Below, piece after piece: positions 29,936 to 37,875 of a DNA stretch of 64,000 nucleotides. The stretch covers positions 1 to 64,000 of the forward strand of contig CAZYIM010000010.1 in assembly GCA_964647565.1 (NCBI GenBank), in the 5' to 3' direction. The notes under the pieces were generated by a model. It was not told the origin of the DNA. It saw nothing but the letters and a program-made list of their open reading frames with translations, and did not search any database. The position numbers and the translations under genes are program-made. The number at the start of each line of letters is the position of its first letter. Position 1 is the first letter of the stretch. This stretch comes from an uncultured Methanosarcinales archaeon (lineage in GTDB: Archaea; Nanobdellota; Nanobdellia; Woesearchaeales; CAZYIM01).

Positions 29936-30646
29936 TTATCGTTTTTTTCCCCTTCTACCTGTCCTCTTAGGTCTCAACATACCTACTTTTCTTCCAGGAG
30001 GTGCATTTTTAGGGACTGGTCTTGCTTTGGATTTTCTTGAGGATCTTTTATTTCCGAAAGGATGTGCAACAGCATTCATAGCAGATCCGCTGACCTTCGG
30101 CCAGAACTTGTTCTTGGCACTCATCACTTTATATTTAATACCTGCCTTAACAAAAGGCTTCTCTGTTCTGCCAGAACCTGCAATAGATCCAATTGTTGCT
30201 TGACAATTAGGATGAAATTCTTTCTTTTTTTTGGACGGAAATATAACAATAATCTTTGTTTTTAGTTTAGTGGACACCTTTGCAAACGTTCCAGATGCTC
30301 TAACAAATTTACCACCATCACCAGGCGAAGCTTCTATATTATGTACCATCGTTCCTTCAGGTATATCCTTCAGACACATACAATGGCCAATTTGTCTTTG
30401 AGCTTTTGTACCTGCATTAAGCTGGTCTCCTACCTTAATAGTCTCTGGTGCGAGTATCAACCCTTGAGTATTATCATCATATACAACCTTTGCAAGAGGG
30501 GCAGAATGTCCTGGGCAATTCAAGATATCTAAAATAGTAAGGGACTCATTGTTTCTTCTTTTAACAACCCCTAGAAATTTAAATCCAGGAGATTTAAAAG
30601 TTAAAGTTCCCTTTCCTCGTCTTTGTTGTATAAGATTCTTGCCCAT
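29936..30646 (-). CDS. rpl2: 50S ribosomal protein uL2
   Basis: MGKNLIQQRRGKG, PGDGGKFVRASG, AMNAVAHPFG, PPGRKVG. Confidence 0.97.
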   Translation of the reverse strand: MGKNLIQQRRGKGTLTFKSPGFKFLGVVKRRNNESLTILDILNCPGHSAPLAKVVYDDNTQGLILAPETIKVGDQLNAGTKAQRQIGHCMCLKDIPEGTMVHNIEASPGDGGKFVRASGTFAKVSTKLKTKIIVIFPSKKKKEFHPNCQATIGSIAGSGRTEKPFVKAGIKYKVMSAKNKFWPKVSGSAMNAVAHPFGNKRSSRKSKARPVPKNAPPGRKVGMLRPKRTGRRGKKR

Positions 30647-30657
30647 TTTTTAAGCCT

Positions 30658-30906
30658 CTACATTAACCCCAATTTAGTTGCCACATCAATAGCAGGAGTT
30701 TCATCTGAAAATTGAATATATGCCCTTTTGTTACCTTTTCTATCAATAAGGGTGTTTACTTTTGTTATTTTTACCTTAAGCAGTTTTTCTAATTCTTCTT
30801 TAATTTCTTTTTTGTGTGATTTTTTATCCACAACAAAAATCAATTTATTCTCTGACTCCATCAACCTAATTGATTTTTCAGTTGAGAGAGGATATAGGAT
30901 TGTCAT
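30658..30906 (-). CDS. rpl23: 50S ribosomal protein uL23
   Basis: PLSTEK...E.ENKLIF.V, VNTLI...G.KRAY. Confidence 0.96.
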   Translation of the reverse strand: MTILYPLSTEKSIRLMESENKLIFVVDKKSHKKEIKEELEKLLKVKITKVNTLIDRKGNKRAYIQFSDETPAIDVATKLGLM

Positions 30907-31832
30907 TTGTTATCGACCTTTTTTTCAGTTTTAGCAGGACTTGCCGAGGCTTTAAGCGATGCTTTCTTAGGAACTTCTTTTTTTTCGGTTTTCTGCTTAG
31001 GAGAAGTTTTGTTTTTAACAGGATTTTTTAAGAAAAGCGCATTTTCTTTCATCATAGATAGTGCTTTTTTTGTGTACAATGTCAGTCTCCCCGGCACACA
31101 TCCTGGTGCTAAATCTTCAGCATTAAGATCTGTGACTTTCAAAACATCCAAACCAGGAAGATTTTTAGTTGCTTTCATCAGATCACACTTTGCAGATACC
31201 ACAATTAACAGGCCTGTACGTGTTATCTTTTTTCTTCCTCTTGATTTTCCTCTACCAGCGCGAGTCTTAACATCCTCACATCGAATCAATTCATCTTTAA
31301 ATCCTAGTTTCTCCAGTATGTTCTTAACTGCTTTTGCGGTTTTGAGGTCTTCAATAGACTCTTCAATTGCAAAGGGATATTCTTTTGGGACAGTATGGCC
31401 TCTTTGTTTCACCCAATCTATATCTATTGTGGCAGACATAGCAGATCTTATAGCCTTTCTTCTCTCCTGAAGATTAATCTTCAGTTCCCAGTTTTTAGTG
31501 GCTTTAGGTGGATGTGCCCTCCTTCCTCCTACTGTCTGTGGCACAAAAGCACCTACATAATAAAAGCGAGTTCCACTTCTATTGAGAACCTTTCTTGGTG
31601 TTCTTGACTGTCCAATACCATATGTGCCCCTATATTTTCTTCGTCTCTTTGAGAGAAACGAAGATGATCTTTTCCCTGCCTCAGGGTAAGCACCATAAGG
31701 CTGTCTTTTATGGGATTGAATTGCCAAGACTGCCTTTTTAATAAGATCGGGTCTGACAGATTCATTAAACTGGCTAGGTAACTCAACATTACCAATTTCG
31801 GTTTTTGAAAGGTTAATCAATTTTAGTTTCAT
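30903..31832 (-). CDS. rpl4: 50S ribosomal protein uL4
   Basis: RPDLIKKAV, GGRRAHPPK, RAGRGKSRGR, LAPG..PGRL. Confidence 0.97.
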   Translation of the reverse strand: MKLKLINLSKTEIGNVELPSQFNESVRPDLIKKAVLAIQSHKRQPYGAYPEAGKRSSSFLSKRRRKYRGTYGIGQSRTPRKVLNRSGTRFYYVGAFVPQTVGGRRAHPPKATKNWELKINLQERRKAIRSAMSATIDIDWVKQRGHTVPKEYPFAIEESIEDLKTAKAVKNILEKLGFKDELIRCEDVKTRAGRGKSRGRKKITRTGLLIVVSAKCDLMKATKNLPGLDVLKVTDLNAEDLAPGCVPGRLTLYTKKALSMMKENALFLKNPVKNKTSPKQKTEKKEVPKKASLKASASPAKTEKKVDNK

Positions 31833-31856
31833 TTTGTTTAGTTTAGCATATGATAA

Positions 31857-32816
31857 TTATGTAAGTACTGTTTCAATTGTTGGTAACGGTAAATCTTTTT
31901 TTTGCCTTTGAGCATTAGTAAAGACAATCAATCTTTTCTTCGGACCAGGAATTGAGCCCTTTATTAAAATAAAATCTGTCTTAACAAGTCCATACTTGTT
32001 AAATCCTCCTTTAGGATTTATCTCTTCAGGTTTTTGTGATATCTTAAGAAGCATCTTATTATACTCTGTCCTTTGGAAATATCCTGTTTGACCTGCATGT
32101 GCTACTCTCCACATTACGTGACCCTGGCCTTTCCAACCGCCTAAGGAACCCGGATTTCTTCTTCCTTTCTCAGTCTTATGGTGTTTTAGTGAAATACCAA
32201 ATCTTTTGACTGAGCCTTGAAATCCTTTTCCTTTTGAGATAGAATGGGAATCGAGAAATTGTCCTTCTGAAAACACCATATTAATAGGTATTTCCTTGGA
32301 AAGATTCTGTTTGATAAAATTAAATTGGTCTGCAGGTGAACCTCCAACATGCAATTCAAACAAATCAGGTCTCTTTTTTGAAAATCCTGCTAAATGAGGT
32401 TGTGTGAATATTAAAACTGAAATATACTCATATTCTTCTGGTTTAATATCTTCCAGAGATGTTTCATTAGAGGATTTTATGTTCAATCGTGACTTAAGAT
32501 GCTTATCTGCACTCAGAATTATTTCTTTAACAACATTAATCCCTTTTTCAGTTTGTTTATACAAGCGCATACCTGCAACTTTAAGAGGTGGAGCTTCAAG
32601 AATAGTAACGGGCAAAGAAATCACTTCGCCTTTGGTTGTTGAATGTTTATGTGTGTCTGTAACCAGGATGTGAGTCATTCCCACCTTATACGCAGGAAAT
32701 CCGCTTAGTTTGTTAGGTTCTACTACAGAAAGAGTCCTAAGTCTAGGTATTTCTCGGGTAGACCTTTTTCTTGGCCAAAATTGTAAAGTTCCGTGTCTAG
32801 GATTGACTTTTTTCAT
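31857..32816 (-). CDS. rpl3: 50S ribosomal protein uL3
   Basis: PRHG.L.FWPRKR, YKVGMTH, KGKGFQGSVKRFG, GQTGY.QRTEYNK. Confidence 0.97.
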   Translation of the reverse strand: MKKVNPRHGTLQFWPRKRSTREIPRLRTLSVVEPNKLSGFPAYKVGMTHILVTDTHKHSTTKGEVISLPVTILEAPPLKVAGMRLYKQTEKGINVVKEIILSADKHLKSRLNIKSSNETSLEDIKPEEYEYISVLIFTQPHLAGFSKKRPDLFELHVGGSPADQFNFIKQNLSKEIPINMVFSEGQFLDSHSISKGKGFQGSVKRFGISLKHHKTEKGRRNPGSLGGWKGQGHVMWRVAHAGQTGYFQRTEYNKMLLKISQKPEEINPKGGFNKYGLVKTDFILIKGSIPGPKKRLIVFTNAQRQKKDLPLPTIETVLT

Positions 32817-32990
32817 TTGATCTAAATAAATATATCATATTCACCAACATAAAAAACTCTCTTACAGAAGTCTTTAGCTTCATACTGAAAAAGTTTTTTT
32901 CAGGTGCACTAAGGGTTTATTAATTTAAGTTCGATTAATTGAACTTAAATGTTAGTGCAGAGGAAATGTGACTTATTTATAAAAGTTACG
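32817..32990 (-). promoter_or_regulatory. Promoter and structured 5' leader of the r-protein superoperon
   Basis: TTTATAAA at 32976-32983; stems TGCACTAA/TTAGTGCA and ATTTAAGTTC/GAACTTAAAT (32905-32959); second hairpin at about 32885-32903. Confidence 0.6.
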
Positions 32991-33031
32991 TTTAAAGTAT
33001 TATTGTAAAAGAATTGTGTTATCAGTCTTAA

Positions 33032-34465
33032 TTATTCTTGTTTTTTAGATTTTAGCATTTTCTCTTTGAATGCTTTCTGTTTTTCTCGTTCTCTTCTTCG
33101 ACGTAATTTTTCTTCTTCACTAAGTTTCCTGCTCTGAGGTTTTCTGGATGAAAACGCTTTTCTTCTTGCATATTGAAGAGGATTTCTAATTCTTGAGCAT
33201 AAGCTGTCTGGTTTACAAGCACCGATAGCAGAATAGTATTCTTTTCTGCCGCAATTTGGCGGAGCTATCTTACCTTGAAACTTTCTATATCTAATAGGGC
33301 CAACTATATCTCTTTCCCGCAAAGGCTCGAAGTTTTTCTTGTTCCAATCTCTCAATTTCTCATCTATTTTCTCATAAGACCATCCAAGATTGGCAAGGAA
33401 ATTTATCAAGACAAAAACAGCCCTCTTGCGACCATCTTCAAGGCCTTTAAGGATATTGATAATACACGGAGGGAAAAAATCTTCAGGAACAGCTTCTTTA
33501 AAATCCTCAAATTCCCTATCAAAATCCCTTTTCTTCGAAGAATCTTCAGAATCAAGAGGCTCGAAGTCGAATGCTTGGATCAAAAGCTTGGATGCTTGTC
33601 CTCTCTCTATATCACGATTCAGAAAAGTATGAGCTATCTTAACATTCTCAGGCTCAGCAGCTTCTTTCTTAAAATCTAATACTTTCATCGGATCAACAGG
33701 GATAGAGATCAACTCTGATTTTTCATGAAAAGAGTAAGGCATTCTGTACAAATGTCTGGAAGATATTAAAATAGTATCAATATCAAGAAAAGGATCTACT
33801 CTTAGAGTTTGTTTAATTACTTCACCTCTACCATCGATCTCTTTTCTGATAATCTCATCAGAAGAACTTAGTTTAACTTCAGTCTTAACCTTGTTAAATA
33901 TATTGTTAAAGTTTTCATTCTCAAGTTTCATGATGCCGTTTTCTAAAGGTTCTTTTATTAGATATGTAATATACGCAGCTATCCTTCTAGGAGCCTCTGG
34001 AAATAAAAGCCGGGTTTCAACAGAGCCGACTCTGTCAGGAAATGCTTCAAAGGGTACTGCAAGATGAAACCCTTTGTTGCCTGAAAACTTACAAGTAATA
34101 GCATCCACACCCATATGTTTCAGGGCAAGCGCGGTATAATGCGCTGCTAGCTTAGAATATTCAAAAAACTTACAATCTATATCCAAAACCAAATCCCAGC
34201 CAGTTCGTAATTGATCAAGATCTTCTCGTTTAAGATTTGGATTCAATTGCAGAGGATTTCTCCAAAGCTCTTCTGAGGCATGGAAGCTTGAGCCTCCTTT
34301 TTTAGCAAATTCAAGAATATCGTTCTCATATTTCAGGATGTCAGGTCTTTTCCCAAACCCTTTATTTCGGAATCTAATAGCAACTTCTTTGTCTTGTGCT
34401 TGTTTTATCAACTCGTTTTGAATGTCCTGTCTTTTATAGAATGAAAGGGTTTTACTTATCAACAT
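33032..34465 (-). CDS. Fused DNA primase PriS-PriL (DPANN type)
   Basis: PriS motifs WDLVLDID, FSGNKGFH, R.PYS.HEKS, followed by PriL-like Fe-S region FPPCI...GRKR...PPNC...C...C...NP. Confidence 0.9.
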   Translation of the reverse strand: MLISKTLSFYKRQDIQNELIKQAQDKEVAIRFRNKGFGKRPDILKYENDILEFAKKGGSSFHASEELWRNPLQLNPNLKREDLDQLRTGWDLVLDIDCKFFEYSKLAAHYTALALKHMGVDAITCKFSGNKGFHLAVPFEAFPDRVGSVETRLLFPEAPRRIAAYITYLIKEPLENGIMKLENENFNNIFNKVKTEVKLSSSDEIIRKEIDGRGEVIKQTLRVDPFLDIDTILISSRHLYRMPYSFHEKSELISIPVDPMKVLDFKKEAAEPENVKIAHTFLNRDIERGQASKLLIQAFDFEPLDSEDSSKKRDFDREFEDFKEAVPEDFFPPCIINILKGLEDGRKRAVFVLINFLANLGWSYEKIDEKLRDWNKKNFEPLRERDIVGPIRYRKFQGKIAPPNCGRKEYYSAIGACKPDSLCSRIRNPLQYARRKAFSSRKPQSRKLSEEEKLRRRREREKQKAFKEKMLKSKKQE

Positions 34466-34516
34466 CTTAGTGTATATATAAGAAAATTTAAATTTGTTTA
34501 AATTATTTGTTGTTCC

Positions 34517-34876
34517 ATGGCCAGTGACATAGAAGATCTCGCAACAGAGATTAGAAAATCAAGACAAAAATGGGTTATTGTCGAAGGAAAAAAGGATAAG
34601 GCAGCACTAGAAAACCTAGGTTTTAAGAAGATTATTATTTTAAGTAAACCTCTTTATGCAGTAGTAGAAATAGTTGTTGAAAAGACAAAAGAGGTTATTA
34701 TTCTCACAGACCTTGATAAAGAAGGAAAATTACTGTTTGCAAAACTAAACAGCGATCTTCAAAGTAAAGGAGTTACTGTGCGAAATCGTCTTCGTGAGTT
34801 ACTATTCAAAACACAGTTAAGACAGATAGAAGGTCTTGATAACTACCTGAAAAGAAATGATATGGAAATTACATAG
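34517..34876 (+). CDS. Small stand-alone TOPRIM-domain protein
   Basis: VIVEGKKD..AL, IILTDLDKEG. Confidence 0.88.
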   Translation: MASDIEDLATEIRKSRQKWVIVEGKKDKAALENLGFKKIIILSKPLYAVVEIVVEKTKEVIILTDLDKEGKLLFAKLNSDLQSKGVTVRNRLRELLFKTQLRQIEGLDNYLKRNDMEIT

Positions 34877-35774
34877 ATTCCAGCTTTTTTATCCGTTCAT
34901 CAATTGGAGGGTGAGTAGCGAACATCTTAGAAGTCCACCCTTTTTTATTTCTCAAAGGATTCTCAATATATAGATGAGCCGTTGCTCTATTAGCGGTATC
35001 TACGACTTTATCTGTATCATTTTTAATTTTTTTAAGAGCATTTGCTAATCCGTGAGGGTGTCGGGTAAGGAGCGCTCCGTCAGAATCTGCTAAGAACTCT
35101 CGCTTTCTTGAAATGGCAAACCGGATCATTTGAGCTATTATTGGAGCTAATATCGCCATTATCAGAGCCACGCCTATCAACACTATATCAAGCTGGCTGC
35201 CGCTGCTTCTACTGCTTCTTCGACCACCACCCCATAAGAAAGATCGAAGCATAAAATCACTTAGGAATATGATTATCCCCAGCAGAACAACAACAAGCAT
35301 AGAAAATCTAATATCATAATTTTTTATATGACTTAACTCGTGAGCAATCACACCCTCAAGTTCTGTTCTGTTCAATTTTTTTCTTGCACCACTTGTAACA
35401 GTAACAGATGCGTGCTGAGGATCTCTTCCTGTAGCAAAAGCATTTATAGAATCTTCGTGTATCATATATATCTTAGGGGTTGGTATTCCTGCCGCAATAG
35501 CCAAGCCTTCAACAGTATTGACTAAGAAAGCATCTTCTTTCTTTGTAACAGGTTTTGCACGACTCATTGTGAGTATGGTGCTATCTCCTGAATAGAACAT
35601 TATCAAAGAATAGAATATAGCGAATATAAATGCCAGGATTAAACCTAGTATATAATCACCAATAAATACTTGCCCAAAAAGAGCTCCTAGTAGAATTACT
35701 AAAAATAAAAAAAATACAAGAAGAAAGTATGAGTTCCTCTTGTTGACAGCTATTTCATCATATATATTAGCCAT
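34869..35774 (-). CDS. htpX: Zinc metalloprotease HtpX (M48)
   Basis: NAFATG, AHELSH, SRKREFLAD, THPP..ERI. Confidence 0.93.
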   Translation of the reverse strand: MANIYDEIAVNKRNSYFLLVFFLFLVILLGALFGQVFIGDYILGLILAFIFAIFYSLIMFYSGDSTILTMSRAKPVTKKEDAFLVNTVEGLAIAAGIPTPKIYMIHEDSINAFATGRDPQHASVTVTSGARKKLNRTELEGVIAHELSHIKNYDIRFSMLVVVLLGIIIFLSDFMLRSFLWGGGRRSSRSSGSQLDIVLIGVALIMAILAPIIAQMIRFAISRKREFLADSDGALLTRHPHGLANALKKIKNDTDKVVDTANRATAHLYIENPLRNKKGWTSKMFATHPPIDERIKKLESM

Positions 35775-35776
35775 TG

Positions 35777-36331
35777 TTAAAATGCAACTTTGACAGTTTC
35801 CCGTTCCTTCCCTTCTGTTTTGAAGAACTCTCTTTCGTCAAATTTGAAAATATTGGCAATCATATTTCTAGGAAACATCTGGATTGCAGTATTGAATTTC
35901 ATCACGTTATCATTATAAAACTGCCTTGAATAAGCAATTTTAGATTCTGTGCCTGAAAGCTCTTCTTGAAGCTGCATAAAGTTCTCATTTGCCTTCAATT
36001 GAGGATAGTTCTCTGCTACAGCAAATAGACTCTTTAATGCTCCGGACAGCATGTTCTCAGCCTTGGCTTTCTCCATAGGCTGTTTTGCGTTCATAATTGC
36101 AGATCTTGCTTTAGTCACGTCCGTAAATACAGATTTTTCATGTTTCGCATAGCCTTTGACAGTCTCAACCAGATTAGGTATAAGATCTGCTCGCCTTTTG
36201 AGTTGAACATCTATCTGGGACCAGGCATTATCAATTCTATTTTTTAAAACAATCAGGCTGTTATATGCACCTATTATGTATAAGATTAGGACAACAACAA
36301 CGCCTAGAATAATCCATCCGAATATTGCCAT
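35777..36331 (-). CDS. lemA: LemA family protein
   Basis: [40 protein letters not shown]. Confidence 0.96.
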   Translation of the reverse strand: MAIFGWIILGVVVVLILYIIGAYNSLIVLKNRIDNAWSQIDVQLKRRADLIPNLVETVKGYAKHEKSVFTDVTKARSAIMNAKQPMEKAKAENMLSGALKSLFAVAENYPQLKANENFMQLQEELSGTESKIAYSRQFYNDNVMKFNTAIQMFPRNMIANIFKFDEREFFKTEGKERETVKVAF

Positions 36332-36424
36332 TCATATCACCCAGAACAAAAAAAGTAACAATTCATTTAAAAACATTCTCTTTCAAAACCAAAAATGTTA
36401 AATACGAGAGAGTGTTCTTTATCC

Positions 36425-36710
36425 ATATGAGTTTAACTGTAATCAAATGGATTGAGCATTTTGTTAAATGTTATACAGTTATGACTCTAAAGATTGTTAG
36501 ACCGGCTGTGTGCTGATCTTCCCAAAAAAAACCTGGGGTTCATGCATGCGCTGGTAAACTTATTCTGCGAATGTTTGAACTCCTGACAATAAAAATTAGA
36601 GGATAGTCAGACGATCTCTGATGTCGAAGTTTTGGGATTAAAAATCACGCACTAAAATCGAGGGTATTCATCATCCCCGATGAAAATCCTGTTATGCGTG
36701 ATTTTAGATA
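36425..36710 (+). ncRNA. Candidate structured ncRNA or long cis-regulatory leader (unassigned family)
   Basis: TATA-like TTAAATA at 36398-36404 followed by a chain of stems (36434-41/36474-81, 36501-06/36550-55, 36583-87/36606-10, 36641-51/36695-705); G-U pairs favour the + strand. Confidence 0.5.
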
Positions 36711-36730
36711 AAAAGAAAAGGGTGTAAAAA

Positions 36731-37030
36731 ATGTGTGTATGTAACATATGTCAGGAGGAAGTGACCAACCCAATTTGCCCAGATTGTATGGGGGCAGCAA
36801 TAGAAGAATGGCTGCAATATATGGCACCCCATCTCATTCAGGACCTAAAGACCTGGACTGAGGCTATAAGATGGACAGGAGATACAAAATGCATTCTTTG
36901 TAAAGAAGATATGGGTGTATGCTCCTACTGTTTCCATGAACATATCACACACCTTTTTATGGATAAGGAGAAAAATCTGGTAAATCAGTTCAAAAGAATT
37001 TTCAGTCTTCAGCTAGTAGCAGAGAATTGA
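36731..37030 (+). CDS. Small Cys-rich putative zinc-finger protein
   Basis: Four CxxC pairs (CNIC, CPDC, CILC, CSYC); GGGTG SD upstream. Confidence 0.75.
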   Translation: MCVCNICQEEVTNPICPDCMGAAIEEWLQYMAPHLIQDLKTWTEAIRWTGDTKCILCKEDMGVCSYCFHEHITHLFMDKEKNLVNQFKRIFSLQLVAEN

Positions 37031-37124
37031 TTTATCTTTTATTTTTTTGAAAAAGATGAACCCCCATTTCATTTATACTTACAATGTAAGTAAAATAATA
37101 ATGCGTCGACGAGAAAAATTTAAG

Positions 37125-37146
37125 TTCCAAAAGAAAACAAGGGGGT
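37125..37146 (+). promoter_or_regulatory. ORB-like Orc1/Cdc6 binding site upstream of tbp
   Basis: TTCCA-aaa-GAAA-acaa-GGGGGT has the same spacing as the oriC ORB TTCCA-gtg-GAAA-cgaa-GGGGT. Confidence 0.5.
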
Positions 37147-37262
37147 ATAAATTATTGAAAATAATGGTTGTATAATAAAAGCATTTATAAATAAATAAGA
37201 ATTCCATTTAAAAAGGAAAGATAAAATAACAAGACGTTTCATGGGGGAAACAGGAGGTTAAA

Positions 37263-37838
37263 ATGAAATCTGCAAAAGATAAAGCAAAAAAAGATTCTAC
37301 AACAAAACGAGACATACAAGTTGTAAACATAGTTGTTTCAACAAGTCTTGAACACGACATACCCTTAGAAAAAATGGCGGCCATGTTGAGTAACACAGAG
37401 TACAATCCTGAGCAGTTCCCTGGCCTTGTAATTCGAATAAAGGATCCAAAAACCTCTGCTTTGATATTCAGCTCCGGAAAAGTTGTGTGCACAGGCGCAA
37501 GGAGTATGAATAAAGTTGAGGAGTCAATCCAGAAAATTATCGGAAGTTTAGAGAAAATAAATATAAAGATCAAAATAAAACCTAAAATCAGCATACAAAA
37601 CATTGTTGCTTCAGGAAGCATAGGTATGGACCTGAATTTGAATACCCTTGCAATGAAGCTTGACAATACAGAATATGAACCAGAACAATTTCCAGGTCTG
37701 GTGTACAAGCTAATGGAAGCAAAAGCTACATTTCTTCTATTCAGCAACGGAAAAGTGGTTTGCACAGGAACCAAATCTGAAGAAGAGGTTCATGCTGCCC
37801 TTGACCTGCTAATTGAAAAATTAAAAAAAGTTAAGTAA
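37263..37838 (+). CDS. tbp: TATA-box binding protein
   Basis: Two repeats of NIV.S...EY.PEQFPGLV...L.FS.GKVVCTG. Confidence 0.98.
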   Translation: MKSAKDKAKKDSTTKRDIQVVNIVVSTSLEHDIPLEKMAAMLSNTEYNPEQFPGLVIRIKDPKTSALIFSSGKVVCTGARSMNKVEESIQKIIGSLEKINIKIKIKPKISIQNIVASGSIGMDLNLNTLAMKLDNTEYEPEQFPGLVYKLMEAKATFLLFSNGKVVCTGTKSEEEVHAALDLLIEKLKKVK

Positions 37839-37875
37839 TTCAGCCACAGAAAATCTAGAGGGGTGGTTTTGTTAG

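Noticed and set aside
36427..36516. 29-aa leaderless ORF (MSLTVIKW...AVC*), with possible TGA read-through as selenocysteine
   Set aside because: No recognisable protein features and no Sec machinery in the window; extensive base-pairing explains the region better, although a leader peptide is not excluded
36597..36612. GAGGATAGTC resembling the RNase P RNA conserved region I (GAGGAAAGUCC)
   Set aside because: No matching conserved region V or P4 partner at a suitable distance, and the motif is in the middle of the element rather than near its 5' end
37845..37868. GCCACAGAAAATCTAGAGGGG upstream of mcm as another ORB
   Set aside because: Spacing and half-sites do not fit; the G-run is better explained as the Shine-Dalgarno sequence
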